Positions 37,371 through 46,869 of a stretch of DNA of 56,032 nucleotides are shown here, piece by piece. The notes under the pieces are model-generated. The model was not told where the DNA came from, did no database searches, and saw only the letters and a program-made list of their open reading frames with translations. Within the stretch, counting starts at the first letter, position 1, and every line of letters starts with the position of its first letter. Made by a program: the position numbers and the translations under genes. This stretch comes from an uncultured Candidatus Saccharibacteria bacterium (GTDB lineage Bacteria; Patescibacteriota; Minisyncoccia; Minisyncoccales; UBA1441): contig CAZTQU010000001.1 in NCBI GenBank assembly GCA_964615735.1, positions 1-56,032 of the forward strand, read 5' to 3'.

Positions 37371-38063
37371 ATGATGACTAAACTTTTCTGGTTCATTCTT
37401 GCTCTTTTCTCCGTTCCCAGTTTAGGCGGCTGTCAATCCCCATCCGCTAGCAACCAATTATTGATTGTGGAAATTCAGATCGCTGGTTCTCAATCTTCTC
37501 AGGATTATCTTCGGCTTTACAATCCCAGTAATCAGACAGTTGACCTCCGCCGCTTCCAGTTAAAAAAGAAAACTCAATCTGGGCAGGAATATTCTCTCTT
37601 CTCTTTTCCGGAAGGAAGCCAGATTGATCCCGGAGAAAGCCTTGTTTGGGCCAATGCTCAAGAAGGGTTTGCTGATTTTCTTTCTACTCCCTATCAAAGC
37701 CAAGCCACCCTGGCGGCCGATAACAGCGTTGCTCTTCTCGACCCCCAAAAAACAATCATCGATGCTCTCGCCTGGGGCAAAGGGGATGATCCCTTCCAGG
37801 AAGGAAGCCCCTTTCCGCAAAATCCTTCTGCTTACCAGCGCCTAAAAAGGAAACAGTTTCAGGAGGAGTATCTTGACAGCCATAATAACCAGGCTGACTT
37901 TTTTCTTGACGATTATCAGTTGACAGCTAACCAGCAACCAGATAATCTAGCTTTAGGCAGTCAAACCCCCAAACCACTTTCTTCACCGACCGTCCTTGCT
38001 TTCGGTTCAGGACTAGGGATCTTCAGTATTATCACTATCTTGCTTTTAAAAAGGAAATTATAA
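37371..38063 (+). CDS. Lamin-tail-domain (LTD) protein with a lipoprotein signal peptide and a C-terminal hydrophobic anchor
   Basis: Lipobox SLGGC, LTD signature LLIVEIQIAGSQSSQDYLRLYNPSNQTVDL, and C-terminal VLAFGSGLGIFSIITILLLKRKL. Confidence 0.7.
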   Translation: MMTKLFWFILALFSVPSLGGCQSPSASNQLLIVEIQIAGSQSSQDYLRLYNPSNQTVDLRRFQLKKKTQSGQEYSLFSFPEGSQIDPGESLVWANAQEGFADFLSTPYQSQATLAADNSVALLDPQKTIIDALAWGKGDDPFQEGSPFPQNPSAYQRLKRKQFQEEYLDSHNNQADFFLDDYQLTANQQPDNLALGSQTPKPLSSPTVLAFGSGLGIFSIITILLLKRKL

Positions 38064-38091
38064 GTCTTAGGAAATCCTTTTAATAATAATT

Positions 38092-38799
38092 ATGAGTGGA
38101 CATTCTCATTGGGCTTCTATCAAGCACCAAAAACAAGCGGAGGATTTAAAGAAGAGCAAAGCTTTTTCCAAGATTGCTCGGCTGATTGCTGTTGCTGTGC
38201 GCCAGCAGGGGCCGGATCCCGTTGGGAATCCTGCTCTTCAGACGGCTTTAGAAAAAGCAAAAGCGGCTAATATGCCGGCAAAAAGCGTTGAAAAAGCCGT
38301 TCAGCAAGCTGATCAACAAGGAGAAAATTTAGAGGCGGTTACTTATGAAGCCCTCGGTCCGGGGCAAATTGCTCTCATTATTCAAGCGATTACGGATAAC
38401 AAAAATCGCACCCGGGATTTTCTTCGCAAGACCCTTAGCCAGCATAACGGGAAATTAGCTGAAGTCGGAGCAGTAAAATGGCTCTTCCAGAAAAGAGGAA
38501 TTATTCATCTGCCGGATTCCTACCATTTAAGCGAGGCACTAGAGTTGGAATTCATCGAAGCCGGGGCAGAAGACATCCGTCAGAAAGACGACCACATCGT
38601 CATCTATGCTAAACCTCAAGACCTGCAGCCTGTAGTAAACTCTTTAAAGAAACAGGGCTATCAAATTGACTACTCTTCCCTTGGTTGGGTGCCGAAGGAA
38701 GCTATAACCTTGAATCCAACGGAAAAAAAGAAACTGGAGAGCTTACTTCAGTCTTTAGAAGAAGAAAATATTCAGGAAATTTACACCAACGCCGATTAA
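38092..38799 (+). CDS. yebC: YebC/PmpR family DNA-binding regulator
   Basis: MSGHSHWASIKHQK...GPDPVGNPAL...AKAANMP. Confidence 0.9.
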   Translation: MSGHSHWASIKHQKQAEDLKKSKAFSKIARLIAVAVRQQGPDPVGNPALQTALEKAKAANMPAKSVEKAVQQADQQGENLEAVTYEALGPGQIALIIQAITDNKNRTRDFLRKTLSQHNGKLAEVGAVKWLFQKRGIIHLPDSYHLSEALELEFIEAGAEDIRQKDDHIVIYAKPQDLQPVVNSLKKQGYQIDYSSLGWVPKEAITLNPTEKKKLESLLQSLEEENIQEIYTNAD

Positions 38800-39305
38800 T
38801 GGTTACCATCCTTGGTATTGATCCGGGAACCGCCGCTGTCGGTTACGGGCTAGTCAAAACTAAAATCCCTCTCGGGAAAGTGGCTCTCGTTGATTACGGA
38901 GCCATTACCACTCCCGCTGAGAGGGAAGCTCCTTTCCGCTTAAGATTGATCGAAAAAAGCCTTTCTAAGATCGTCCGCAGTTATCATCCAGATCTTTTAG
39001 CCGTTGAGAGCCTTTACTTTTTCCAAAACCAGAAATCCGTCATGAGTGTCAGCCAGACAAAAGGAGTCATTCTGCTGATAGCCGAGAAAGCGCAGCTCCC
39101 AATCTATGAGTTTTCTCCTCTGGAGATCAAACAAGTGCTGACGGGTTACGGACGGGCAGAAAAAGAAGAGATTCAAGAAGCTGTCCAAAAGATTCTCCGC
39201 CTAAGCCAAAAACCGCAGCCCGACCATGCCGCTGATGCTTTGGGAGTTTCCCTTTGCTTTCTCTGCAAAAACCAATGGCTGAGGATTGAAAACTCCTCTC
39301 ATTGA
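38799..39305 (+). CDS. ruvC: Crossover junction endodeoxyribonuclease RuvC
   Basis: The start MVTILGIDPGTAAVGYGLV overlaps the yebC stop (TAATG). A C-terminal HAADALGV motif is present. Confidence 0.9.
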   Translation: MVTILGIDPGTAAVGYGLVKTKIPLGKVALVDYGAITTPAEREAPFRLRLIEKSLSKIVRSYHPDLLAVESLYFFQNQKSVMSVSQTKGVILLIAEKAQLPIYEFSPLEIKQVLTGYGRAEKEEIQEAVQKILRLSQKPQPDHAADALGVSLCFLCKNQWLRIENSSH

Positions 39306-40507
39306 ATCTGAACCAGTTTTCTTTTTCCCCGCTGAACAAGCATCCCCTTCACTAGTTTAATCATCTGCTCTCCATCCGTCTGCACTTCTTGGTCAACCTT
39401 AATCCCTCCCTGGGTAATTAACCTTCTTGCCTCGGCCCGAGAAGAGGCAAGCTGCGTCTGGAGGAGTAAATCGATGAGAGAGATAGTTTCTTTCGGCAGC
39501 CGCACCAGCGGTATTTTTAAAGGGAGGCGCTTTTCTTGAAAAACACGAGAGAATTCTTGAGCCGAACATTCGGCTTTTTCCCTTCCCCAATTGAGAGCCA
39601 CCATTTCCCAGGCTAAACGGGCTTTAGCATCGCGGCGATTAACCTGTTTTTCTTTCATTTTTTGCCGAATTTCTTCCACCTCGGCCCGGGGCACTCTCGT
39701 TCCCGAATAAAAAGCCGGCTCCACTAGCTGGTCAGGAAAAGACATAATTTTCCCATACATTTCCTGGGAAGAATCACTCAGAAAAACAGCGTTGGCTGCT
39801 GTCTTGCTCATTTTATCTCCCTTGGCGTCCGTTAATAATTTTAAGGTCAGGACTATTTTTTCACGATGCTGAAGATCTTTAACTAGAGACCGTCCGCAGA
39901 GCATGTTAAAGGTTTGGTCATTGCCTCCGACCTCTAAATCTGCCTCCAGGGCGACGCTATCATAAGCCTGAAAGAGAGGGTAGAGAAATTCATGGATAAA
40001 GATCGGCCTCTTCTTCTCTATCCTTCTTTGGAACATATCCCGGGCCAGCATCTGCTGAACAGTAAAATGAGAAGCCAGTTCAACTATGTCTTCTGCCTTT
40101 AATTTCCCCAGCCATTGGCTGTTAAAGACCAGCCGGGCTGAATTATTTCCCTGGAAAGATAAGATTTTCGCTGCTTGCTGATAAAAGCAGCGGCCGTTAG
40201 CGGTTATTTCTTTTTTCGTCAATTGGGGACGGGTCGCAGAGCGTCCGCTCGGATCACCAATCAAAGCGGTAAAGTCTCCGATGAGAAAGAAAACTTGATG
40301 GCCTAATTCCTGCAATTGAGCTAACTTATTCAAAAGGGCTAAGTGTCCGAGATGAAGAGAGGAAGCAGTGGGATCAAAACCGGCATAAATTTTCAATGGT
40401 CTGCCAGCCAGTAATTTTTTCTTCAGGAAAGACGAAGAGGGATAAATTTTCTCTATTCCCCTTCCCAAAACCTCAGCCACCTTTTCTGCCCGGGTGTCCT
40501 TTTTCAT
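39299..40507 (-). CDS. tyrS: Tyrosyl-tRNA synthetase
   Basis: SSLHLGHL (HIGH), DKMSKT (KMSKS), and a C-terminal S4 domain. Confidence 0.95.
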   Translation of the reverse strand: MKKDTRAEKVAEVLGRGIEKIYPSSSFLKKKLLAGRPLKIYAGFDPTASSLHLGHLALLNKLAQLQELGHQVFFLIGDFTALIGDPSGRSATRPQLTKKEITANGRCFYQQAAKILSFQGNNSARLVFNSQWLGKLKAEDIVELASHFTVQQMLARDMFQRRIEKKRPIFIHEFLYPLFQAYDSVALEADLEVGGNDQTFNMLCGRSLVKDLQHREKIVLTLKLLTDAKGDKMSKTAANAVFLSDSSQEMYGKIMSFPDQLVEPAFYSGTRVPRAEVEEIRQKMKEKQVNRRDAKARLAWEMVALNWGREKAECSAQEFSRVFQEKRLPLKIPLVRLPKETISLIDLLLQTQLASSRAEARRLITQGGIKVDQEVQTDGEQMIKLVKGMLVQRGKRKLVQIQ

Positions 40508-40544
40508 CAGTTTCTATTATAATGTCTAAATAATCAGGAGTCCA

Positions 40545-42443
40545 ATGAAGAAAACTAAAATTAAAAATTCTCTTTTGTCGGGCCTTCTCTGGACGGGGAG
40601 AATTATTCTCATTTTTATTCTTTTCGGTTTATTGATCGGGGCAAGCATCGTCCTCTATTACCTACGCGATCTCCCCCGTCCGGAAGACTTCACCGAAAGT
40701 CAGTTTAACCAGCCAACTAGGATCTATGACCAGAGCGGAACAGTTTTGCTCTATACCATTGTCGGGGAAGAAAACCGGACCGTTGTTCCTCTAGATGAAA
40801 TTTCCCCCTATTTAAGACAGGCGGTTATTACTGCTGAAGATCGGCAGTTTTACCAGCACTCGGGATTAAATTTTCGCGGTCTGGTCCGAGCCATTCTCGT
40901 TGATCTCAAATTACAGGAAATAGCCCAGGGAGGATCGACTATCACCCAGCAGCTAATCCGCTCTCATTTCTTGAATAGCCAGAAAACCATTAAGAGAAAA
41001 ACCGAAGAAATTATTTTATCTTTGGAGCTAGAAAGAAGATATGAAAAAGACCAAATCTTGGAGTGGTATCTTAACCAAGTTCCTCTCGGTTCTAATTTTT
41101 ACGGAGCAGAAACTGCCAGCCAGGGTTATTTCCAAAAATCAGCTAAGGACCTTTCCCTTAACGAAGCCGTCATCCTGGCCGCTCTCGTCAAAGCTCCTAG
41201 CTATTTTTCTCCTTATGGTTCTCATCTGGATGAGCTTCTCGCCCGAAAAAATTATATCCTGGAACAAATGGCCGCTCTCGGCTATATCGGCCCGGAACAA
41301 AAGGAGGAAGCCCAGGACCAAGAACCGGAATTTTCCAGTTGGAAGCATATTCTGAAAGCGCCTCATTTCACCCTCAATATCGTCAAAGAATTAGAAAGCA
41401 CTTATGGCTTAAACTCTCTTCAGCGCAACGGTTTTAAGGTTTACACCACTCTCGATTGGACCCTCCAGGAAAAAGCGGAAACGGTTATCCAAGAAGGAAT
41501 GGAAAGGAACCAGATCTATGATGCCCATAATGGCTCCCTCATCGCCCTCGATCCCCGAACCGGAGCTGTCGTCGCTCTGGTCGGATCGAAGGACTATTTC
41601 GCCCCCGAGTCTTTTCCTCCCGGCTGTTCCGTCGATCAAAATGGATGCCTCTTTACTCCCCAGTTTGACGTTGCTCATCTCGGGTTAAGACACCCGGGAT
41701 CGTCGCTAAAGCCTTTTATTTATGCAACCGCTTTTGAAAAAGGATTTTCTCCTTTTTACACTGTCGTTGACGAGAGAACTAATTTTGGAAATTGGGGAGG
41801 CAAGGACTACCTTCCCAGTAATTATGATAACCGCTTCCGAGGACCAGTCACCCTAGAGCAAGCCCTGGCCCAATCCCTGAACGTTCCCTCAGTGAAAGTC
41901 TTTCTCCATCTAGCCGGGATAGAAGATAGCCTAAAAACCCTAAAGGCGGCTGGCTTAACCACTGACTTGCCAGCCGTTCCTTCCCTGGTTCTTGGCGGAG
42001 GAGCAGTGAAGCTGCTGGAATTAACCAGCGCCTACGGTATTTTTGCTACCGGGGGCGATAAGGTAACTCCTTTTGATATTTTGAAAATAGAAGACAGCCG
42101 GGGACAAATTATTTTCCAAGCCCAACTTCAAGAAGAAAGAAGACAGGTTATTAGCCGCCAGACAGCGCAGACCATTACTGACATTCTCTCCAGTGAAAAA
42201 GACCGCGCTCCCATGTTCGGCTATCAGTCCAACCTCTACGTTCCCGGCTATCAGGTTGCCGTTAAAACAGGAACCAATGAAAACTTCCAAGATTTCTGGA
42301 CTGTCGGCTATACTCCAAAAATCATTGTCGGCGTCTGGCTGGGAAACAATAACCAGGCTCCAATGGCAAAAGTGCCGGCGGTGACTGCCGCCGGCTGGAT
42401 TTGGAACAAATTCATAAGAGAGGCTCTGGCCATTATCCAATGA
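40545..42443 (+). CDS. Class A penicillin-binding protein (glycosyltransferase plus transpeptidase)
   Basis: N-terminal TM helix, GT51 motifs AEDRQFYQHSG and GGSTITQQL, and transpeptidase motifs SSLKP, SNY and KTGT. Confidence 0.9.
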   Translation: MKKTKIKNSLLSGLLWTGRIILIFILFGLLIGASIVLYYLRDLPRPEDFTESQFNQPTRIYDQSGTVLLYTIVGEENRTVVPLDEISPYLRQAVITAEDRQFYQHSGLNFRGLVRAILVDLKLQEIAQGGSTITQQLIRSHFLNSQKTIKRKTEEIILSLELERRYEKDQILEWYLNQVPLGSNFYGAETASQGYFQKSAKDLSLNEAVILAALVKAPSYFSPYGSHLDELLARKNYILEQMAALGYIGPEQKEEAQDQEPEFSSWKHILKAPHFTLNIVKELESTYGLNSLQRNGFKVYTTLDWTLQEKAETVIQEGMERNQIYDAHNGSLIALDPRTGAVVALVGSKDYFAPESFPPGCSVDQNGCLFTPQFDVAHLGLRHPGSSLKPFIYATAFEKGFSPFYTVVDERTNFGNWGGKDYLPSNYDNRFRGPVTLEQALAQSLNVPSVKVFLHLAGIEDSLKTLKAAGLTTDLPAVPSLVLGGGAVKLLELTSAYGIFATGGDKVTPFDILKIEDSRGQIIFQAQLQEERRQVISRQTAQTITDILSSEKDRAPMFGYQSNLYVPGYQVAVKTGTNENFQDFWTVGYTPKIIVGVWLGNNNQAPMAKVPAVTAAGWIWNKFIREALAIIQ

Positions 42444-42445
42444 TT

Positions 42446-43579
42446 CTAGGCCGATTTAATCGGCATCAGAACATACTGGTAAGAAGAATCACCCGCCGGC
42501 TTGAGGAGACCGGCTTTCCCCTCGTCATTAAATTGCAGGATGACTTCCTGACTGCTGAGGTTGCTTAAGACGTCTATAAGATACCTGCTATTGAAAGAAA
42601 TGGTGAGATCTTCTCCCTGGATAGTAGCGGGAAGAAAGGATTCGCTCTTCCCAATTTTGGTACTCCGGGATTCAACGGATAATTGACCCTCTTTCGATCG
42701 CACTCCTAATTGTACTTCATTCACCTGATCACTGAATAAATTAGCGGCTTTAATTTTATTCAGCAGCCGAGAACGAGATAATTGGGCGGAAACCTGAAAA
42801 CTCTTGGGAATTACTCCTCGATAATCGGGGTAAACTCCTTCAATCAACCTGGAAACAATGCGCCCCTGAGGATGAGAAGCGCTGTCAACACTCACCTCGA
42901 AGACCATCTGGTCCTCAGAAAGATAAATCTTTATTGTCTTGCCCGTCGTTTCAAAAACAGAAACTACCTGCTGGACTGTTTTCGCCGGCAGAATAAAAGC
43001 AAGCTCTTTTTTCAGCCCTTGGGATTTTTCTACCGGCTCTGCAATTTTCTCAGCTAAACGAAAACTATCTGTCGCCGCTAGAGTCAGGCGCTTCGCTTCA
43101 AAAAGAAGGTAAACTCCGGAAATTTCCGGACGGCTTTCCGAAGAAGCAGCACAGTAGAGAACCTGCTTCAATCCCTGACAAAACTTAAAGCTGTCAATTT
43201 CAACCCAAGTTTTTTCTTCCGTCTGAGGCAAGAGAGGAAAGTCGTCTATCTCCAACCCCTGAATTTGGTCCTTCCCGTTTTGATACTTTACCACCAAGCT
43301 GTTTTGCTCAGATTCAAGCTGAATTTTTTGGTCATCAATGAGCTTTACCAAATCAGAAAAAATCCTGGCAGGGACAACTACCTTGCCCGGTTTTTCTACT
43401 TTTGCCAGGCTCCACCATTGAGTGCCCACTTCCAGATCGGTGGTAGTCAAAGAAAGGGAACTCTTTCCCGCTTCCAAGAGTACTCCTTCCAGGATGGGTA
43501 AGTTAGGGTTGCGAATAGCAATACGACTAACGATACTAAGAGCAGAAGTTAACTCTTCCTTTAAAATTTCTAATTTCAT
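42446..43579 (-). CDS. dnaN: DNA polymerase III beta sliding clamp
   Basis: 377 aa with a three-domain clamp pattern. It lies directly downstream of dnaA. Confidence 0.9.
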   Translation of the reverse strand: MKLEILKEELTSALSIVSRIAIRNPNLPILEGVLLEAGKSSLSLTTTDLEVGTQWWSLAKVEKPGKVVVPARIFSDLVKLIDDQKIQLESEQNSLVVKYQNGKDQIQGLEIDDFPLLPQTEEKTWVEIDSFKFCQGLKQVLYCAASSESRPEISGVYLLFEAKRLTLAATDSFRLAEKIAEPVEKSQGLKKELAFILPAKTVQQVVSVFETTGKTIKIYLSEDQMVFEVSVDSASHPQGRIVSRLIEGVYPDYRGVIPKSFQVSAQLSRSRLLNKIKAANLFSDQVNEVQLGVRSKEGQLSVESRSTKIGKSESFLPATIQGEDLTISFNSRYLIDVLSNLSSQEVILQFNDEGKAGLLKPAGDSSYQYVLMPIKSA

Positions 43580-43776
43580 AACAACATTAACTATGTTTAA
43601 TTAATTACTTAAAAAGTTGAGTTAGTTGTTAAGGAGTGAATTATATTGAGTTTTCGTTTTTGATCAAGAGGAATATCATTTTCAACAAAATTTTAGAGGG
43701 GATGACGATGGGATAAAGACTGACTAACTTGAGGAATTCTGAAACGGGTTTTTAAAACTTTTTCTTTTTCCCCTTT

Positions 43777-45135
43777 TTATTCAGCATAAATCCTCTGCTT
43801 TATTAAGTTAATTTCCTCTGCTATTTGTTCGTCATTAGCCACTTGATTTTCAACCTTATTGCAAGCGTAGAGGGCGGTGGTATGATCCTTTCCGCCGAAG
43901 ATATCTCCAATGTTAGGAAATGATTTTCTTAATTCTTTCCTTAAAAAATACATCGCCACTTGTCTGGCCCAAGCTATCTCTCGGCGGCGGGTGGGAGCAA
44001 AGAGCTGATCGGGGGGGAGACTGTAAAAACTAGCTACGCAACTAAAGATTTTTTTCGGAGTAGTAATCTTTCGTGGTCCTCCGGTAAGATCTTTGAGAAG
44101 AATTTTTGCCCGGCTTACCGTCAAAGGGTCGGGATGTAATTTTTGGTAAGCCCGGATACGATTAATTGCTCCTTCGAGTTCCCGAATGTTGTGCTGAATA
44201 TTATTGGCGACGTAAGAAAGAACTTCCTCGCCTACTTCTAATCCTGGGATTTTTGACTCTAAAATAGCTAAACGGCTTTCGTAATCAGGCTGGCTGATAT
44301 CCGCTACCATTCCTCCCTCGAAGCGGGATTTTAATCTTTTTTCCAAGGTAGCAATAGCGCTTGGCGGACGATCCGAAGAAAGAACAATCTGTTTATTATT
44401 ATCGTAGAGAGCATTAAAAATGTGAAAGAATTCTTCTTGGGTTTTCTCTTTGCCGGCTAGAAACTGAACATCATCGACGATCAGAAGATCTAAATGATAA
44501 AACTGATACTTCAGTTCTTCAATGCTGTTGTTCCGAATCGAGGCGACGATAGAAGAAACCAGTTTTCCCGCTGGCAAGTATTGGACCTTGGCCCGGCCGG
44601 TACTATCTACCTCGTTGCCAATGGCCTGAAGGAGATGAGTCTTTCCCAATCCGACCCCTCCGTAAATAAGCAGGGGATTGTAAGCTTTCCCTGGGGATTT
44701 AGCCACTGCCCAGGCACTCGCCTGGGCTAATTCATTAAAAGAAGCAACGACGAATTGCTGAAAGATATAACGGGGATTAAGATTGGTCTGAGGGTTAATA
44801 CTCAACTCTTCAAAAGCTGGTTGTTCTTCATCTTGAGAAGCCGACGCCGATCCAGTGGAGGCCTTAGTTTCTCTGGGAGCGGGGGCGGACTTCTTTTCAA
44901 TAATGTATTCTATTCTCTTAACGTCGGGAGCAACTTCCCTTAAGACTTCTAAAATCAAACGGTGATATTTTTTACTGAGCCACTCACGGGAGAAAGTATT
45001 AGGAACGGCAATAAAAACTTTCTCTTCTGTTTGTTCGGCCAAGCGTGTATTCTTCAACCAGGTAGCAAAATTAGCTTTAGAAACCTTAAATTGAAGCTGG
45101 GCTAAAACTGACTCCCAAAGTTCTTCTTTGGTCAT
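43777..45135 (-). CDS. dnaA: Chromosomal replication initiator DnaA
   Basis: GGVGLGKTHLL Walker A, DDVQFL Walker B, and a domain IV helix-turn-helix (...AWARQVAMYF...GGKDHTT). Confidence 0.95.
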   Translation of the reverse strand: MTKEELWESVLAQLQFKVSKANFATWLKNTRLAEQTEEKVFIAVPNTFSREWLSKKYHRLILEVLREVAPDVKRIEYIIEKKSAPAPRETKASTGSASASQDEEQPAFEELSINPQTNLNPRYIFQQFVVASFNELAQASAWAVAKSPGKAYNPLLIYGGVGLGKTHLLQAIGNEVDSTGRAKVQYLPAGKLVSSIVASIRNNSIEELKYQFYHLDLLIVDDVQFLAGKEKTQEEFFHIFNALYDNNKQIVLSSDRPPSAIATLEKRLKSRFEGGMVADISQPDYESRLAILESKIPGLEVGEEVLSYVANNIQHNIRELEGAINRIRAYQKLHPDPLTVSRAKILLKDLTGGPRKITTPKKIFSCVASFYSLPPDQLFAPTRRREIAWARQVAMYFLRKELRKSFPNIGDIFGGKDHTTALYACNKVENQVANDEQIAEEINLIKQRIYAE

Positions 45136-45335
45136 GATTTTTTCTTCAGCTTTCGTTTTTTTATCTTAGCATAATTTATTTTCTAAGGGAAAGGGATGGA
45201 GAATGCTTTGTAAACTCGCCTCCTTTTTCCACCTGTCAATTCTTAGTGGATAAAAAGTGAGTAAAGACGATGGCCAGCTAAAGATTGACCTTTTGCCTTT
45301 GCCCTGTTATCCTGTTAGTCAATCTCTTGAGAATA
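45136..45335. promoter_or_regulatory. dnaA/rnpA divergent intergenic region; candidate oriC/dnaA-promoter segment with DnaA-box-like 9-mers
   Basis: AGTGGATAA at 45245-45253 is the reverse complement of TTATCCACT, an 8/9 match to TTATCCACA. TTTTCCACC lies at 45225-45233. The position between dnaA and rnpA is the classic origin context. Confidence 0.4.
45285..45313 (+). promoter_or_regulatory. Putative rnpA-yidC-jag promoter TTGACC-N17-TATCCT
   Basis: TTGACC lies at 45285-45290, followed by a 17-nt spacer and TATCCT at 45308-45313. The architecture matches the promoter at 2402-2430. Confidence 0.4.
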
Positions 45336-45689
45336 ATGTTGTCGAAAATTAATCGCTTAAGGAAGAAGAAGGATTTTACTAAAGTTTACCAGCAAGGTCG
45401 TTCTTACTCTTCCCCTGTTCTCTGGGTTAAGGTTCTTCCTAATCATTTAGACCACAGTCGGATTGGAATAGTCGCCAGCCGCAAGACCTCTCGTCGGGCA
45501 GTGGCTAGAAACAAAATTAAACGCCGCCTTCGGTTTTTAATAAAGGCACGCTTCTCCTCATTGAAACCCGGTTATGATCTTATCCTGACAGCCCGTCCCG
45601 AGATTCTTCACCAATCTTATTCAGAGCTGGCAGGAACCCTAGATGGTCTTCTCCAGAGAGCGCAATTATTTTTATCTCCCCTAACTTAA
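45336..45689 (+). CDS. rnpA: Ribonuclease P protein component
   Basis: I chose the start MLSKINRLRKKKDF. A basic RNR-like region ASRKTSRRAVARNKIKRRLR is present. Confidence 0.85.
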   Translation: MLSKINRLRKKKDFTKVYQQGRSYSSPVLWVKVLPNHLDHSRIGIVASRKTSRRAVARNKIKRRLRFLIKARFSSLKPGYDLILTARPEILHQSYSELAGTLDGLLQRAQLFLSPLT

Positions 45690-45691
45690 TT

Positions 45692-46411
45692 ATGCTTGGT
45701 TCACTTTTCCAAACTTTTCTCCATCAACCACTGCTAAATTTTTTGATGCTCATTTGTGCTTATCTCCCCGGGCATGACCTCGGTTTAGCGATTATTCTTC
45801 TTACTGTTTTTATCCGCATCCTTTTATATCCCATTTTTCGCAAATCACTACGTGCCCAAAAGGAAATGAATGAATTGCAGCCGAAGGTTGAAGAATTACG
45901 CCAGCGCTACAAAAAAGATTCGGTGAAACAGTCCCAGGAGTTGATGGCTCTTTATCGGGAGCACCACGTCAATCCGCTGAGTAATATAGGGCTCCTGCTG
46001 ATTCAAATTCCTATCCTTATCGCTCTTTTCCGGGTATTCGGCGGCGGCTTTGAGGCGGTCTCCATCACCCCACTTTTGTATTCTTTTGTTTCTTTGCCTG
46101 TTATCGAACCCACTTTTTTAGGCATGTTCTCTTTGGTTCATCCTAATTTGATCTTAGCCTTACTGGCTGCTCTGGCTCAATTTTACCAAGGGAAGCTATC
46201 CTTGGTGAAAACTACTTCTCGGCAAGCAAAAACCGGCCTGATGAGTTTAACCCAGAAATCAATGATTTATTTCTTCCCTTTCTTAACTTTTCTTCTTCTG
46301 ACTAACCTGAATGCGGCTATTGGCTTGTATTGGCTGACGACGACTGTCTTTTCCGTCGGCCAACAATATTTCCTCGCTCATCCCTTATCCTTCACCCGCC
46401 TAAAAAAATGA
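45692..46411 (+). CDS. yidC: Membrane protein insertase YidC (short form)
   Basis: 239 aa with the pattern LAIILLTVFIRILLYPI...Q..M..LQP....L...YK; it sits in rnpA-yidC-jag synteny. Confidence 0.9.
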   Translation: MLGSLFQTFLHQPLLNFLMLICAYLPGHDLGLAIILLTVFIRILLYPIFRKSLRAQKEMNELQPKVEELRQRYKKDSVKQSQELMALYREHHVNPLSNIGLLLIQIPILIALFRVFGGGFEAVSITPLLYSFVSLPVIEPTFLGMFSLVHPNLILALLAALAQFYQGKLSLVKTTSRQAKTGLMSLTQKSMIYFFPFLTFLLLTNLNAAIGLYWLTTTVFSVGQQYFLAHPLSFTRLKK

Positions 46412-46869
46412 TTTCCCCCCGCGAACTTAGAACGATAAAAACCTATCTTCAAGAATTCTTCAATTTGGCCGAGATTGAAGGGTCTTTGAGAATTGATTTT
46501 CAGGCACCGGAGACAATTAAAATAGACCTCCAAACGATAGAGGCTCCTCTCCTTATCGGAGAAAAAGGGGAAACTCTCTTTGGCCTTCAATCTCTTCTAA
46601 AAAAGATATTGACTAAGCGATTGAACCAAAGACTATTTGTCGAGCTGGACGTTAATAACTATCGGCAAAAGAAAGTGAAATACTTGCAGGAATTAGCAGA
46701 GACCATAGCGGATGAAGTAACTCTCACTCAGCGGGCGAAAGCGGTCGAACCAATGAGTGCCTGGGAGAGGCGTATTATTCACTTAACGTTAACTGACCGG
46801 CCGGATGTAGAAACAGAAAGTCAGGGCCAGGACGAGCAAAGATATGTTCTCATCCGTCCCCAAGGGTAA
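46408..46869 (+). CDS. jag: Jag/KhpB-like KH + R3H RNA-binding protein
   Basis: The start MISPRELRT overlaps the yidC stop as ATGA. The C-terminal R3H motif reads ERRIIHLTLTDRPDVETESQGQ. Confidence 0.8.
   Translation: MISPRELRTIKTYLQEFFNLAEIEGSLRIDFQAPETIKIDLQTIEAPLLIGEKGETLFGLQSLLKKILTKRLNQRLFVELDVNNYRQKKVKYLQELAETIADEVTLTQRAKAVEPMSAWERRIIHLTLTDRPDVETESQGQDEQRYVLIRPQG

Noticed and set aside
43580-43776. DnaA boxes in the dnaA-dnaN spacer.
   Set aside because: Only 6/9 matches were found, for example ATGGGATAA. I retain the region only as a possible AT-rich unwinding element, not as a box cluster.
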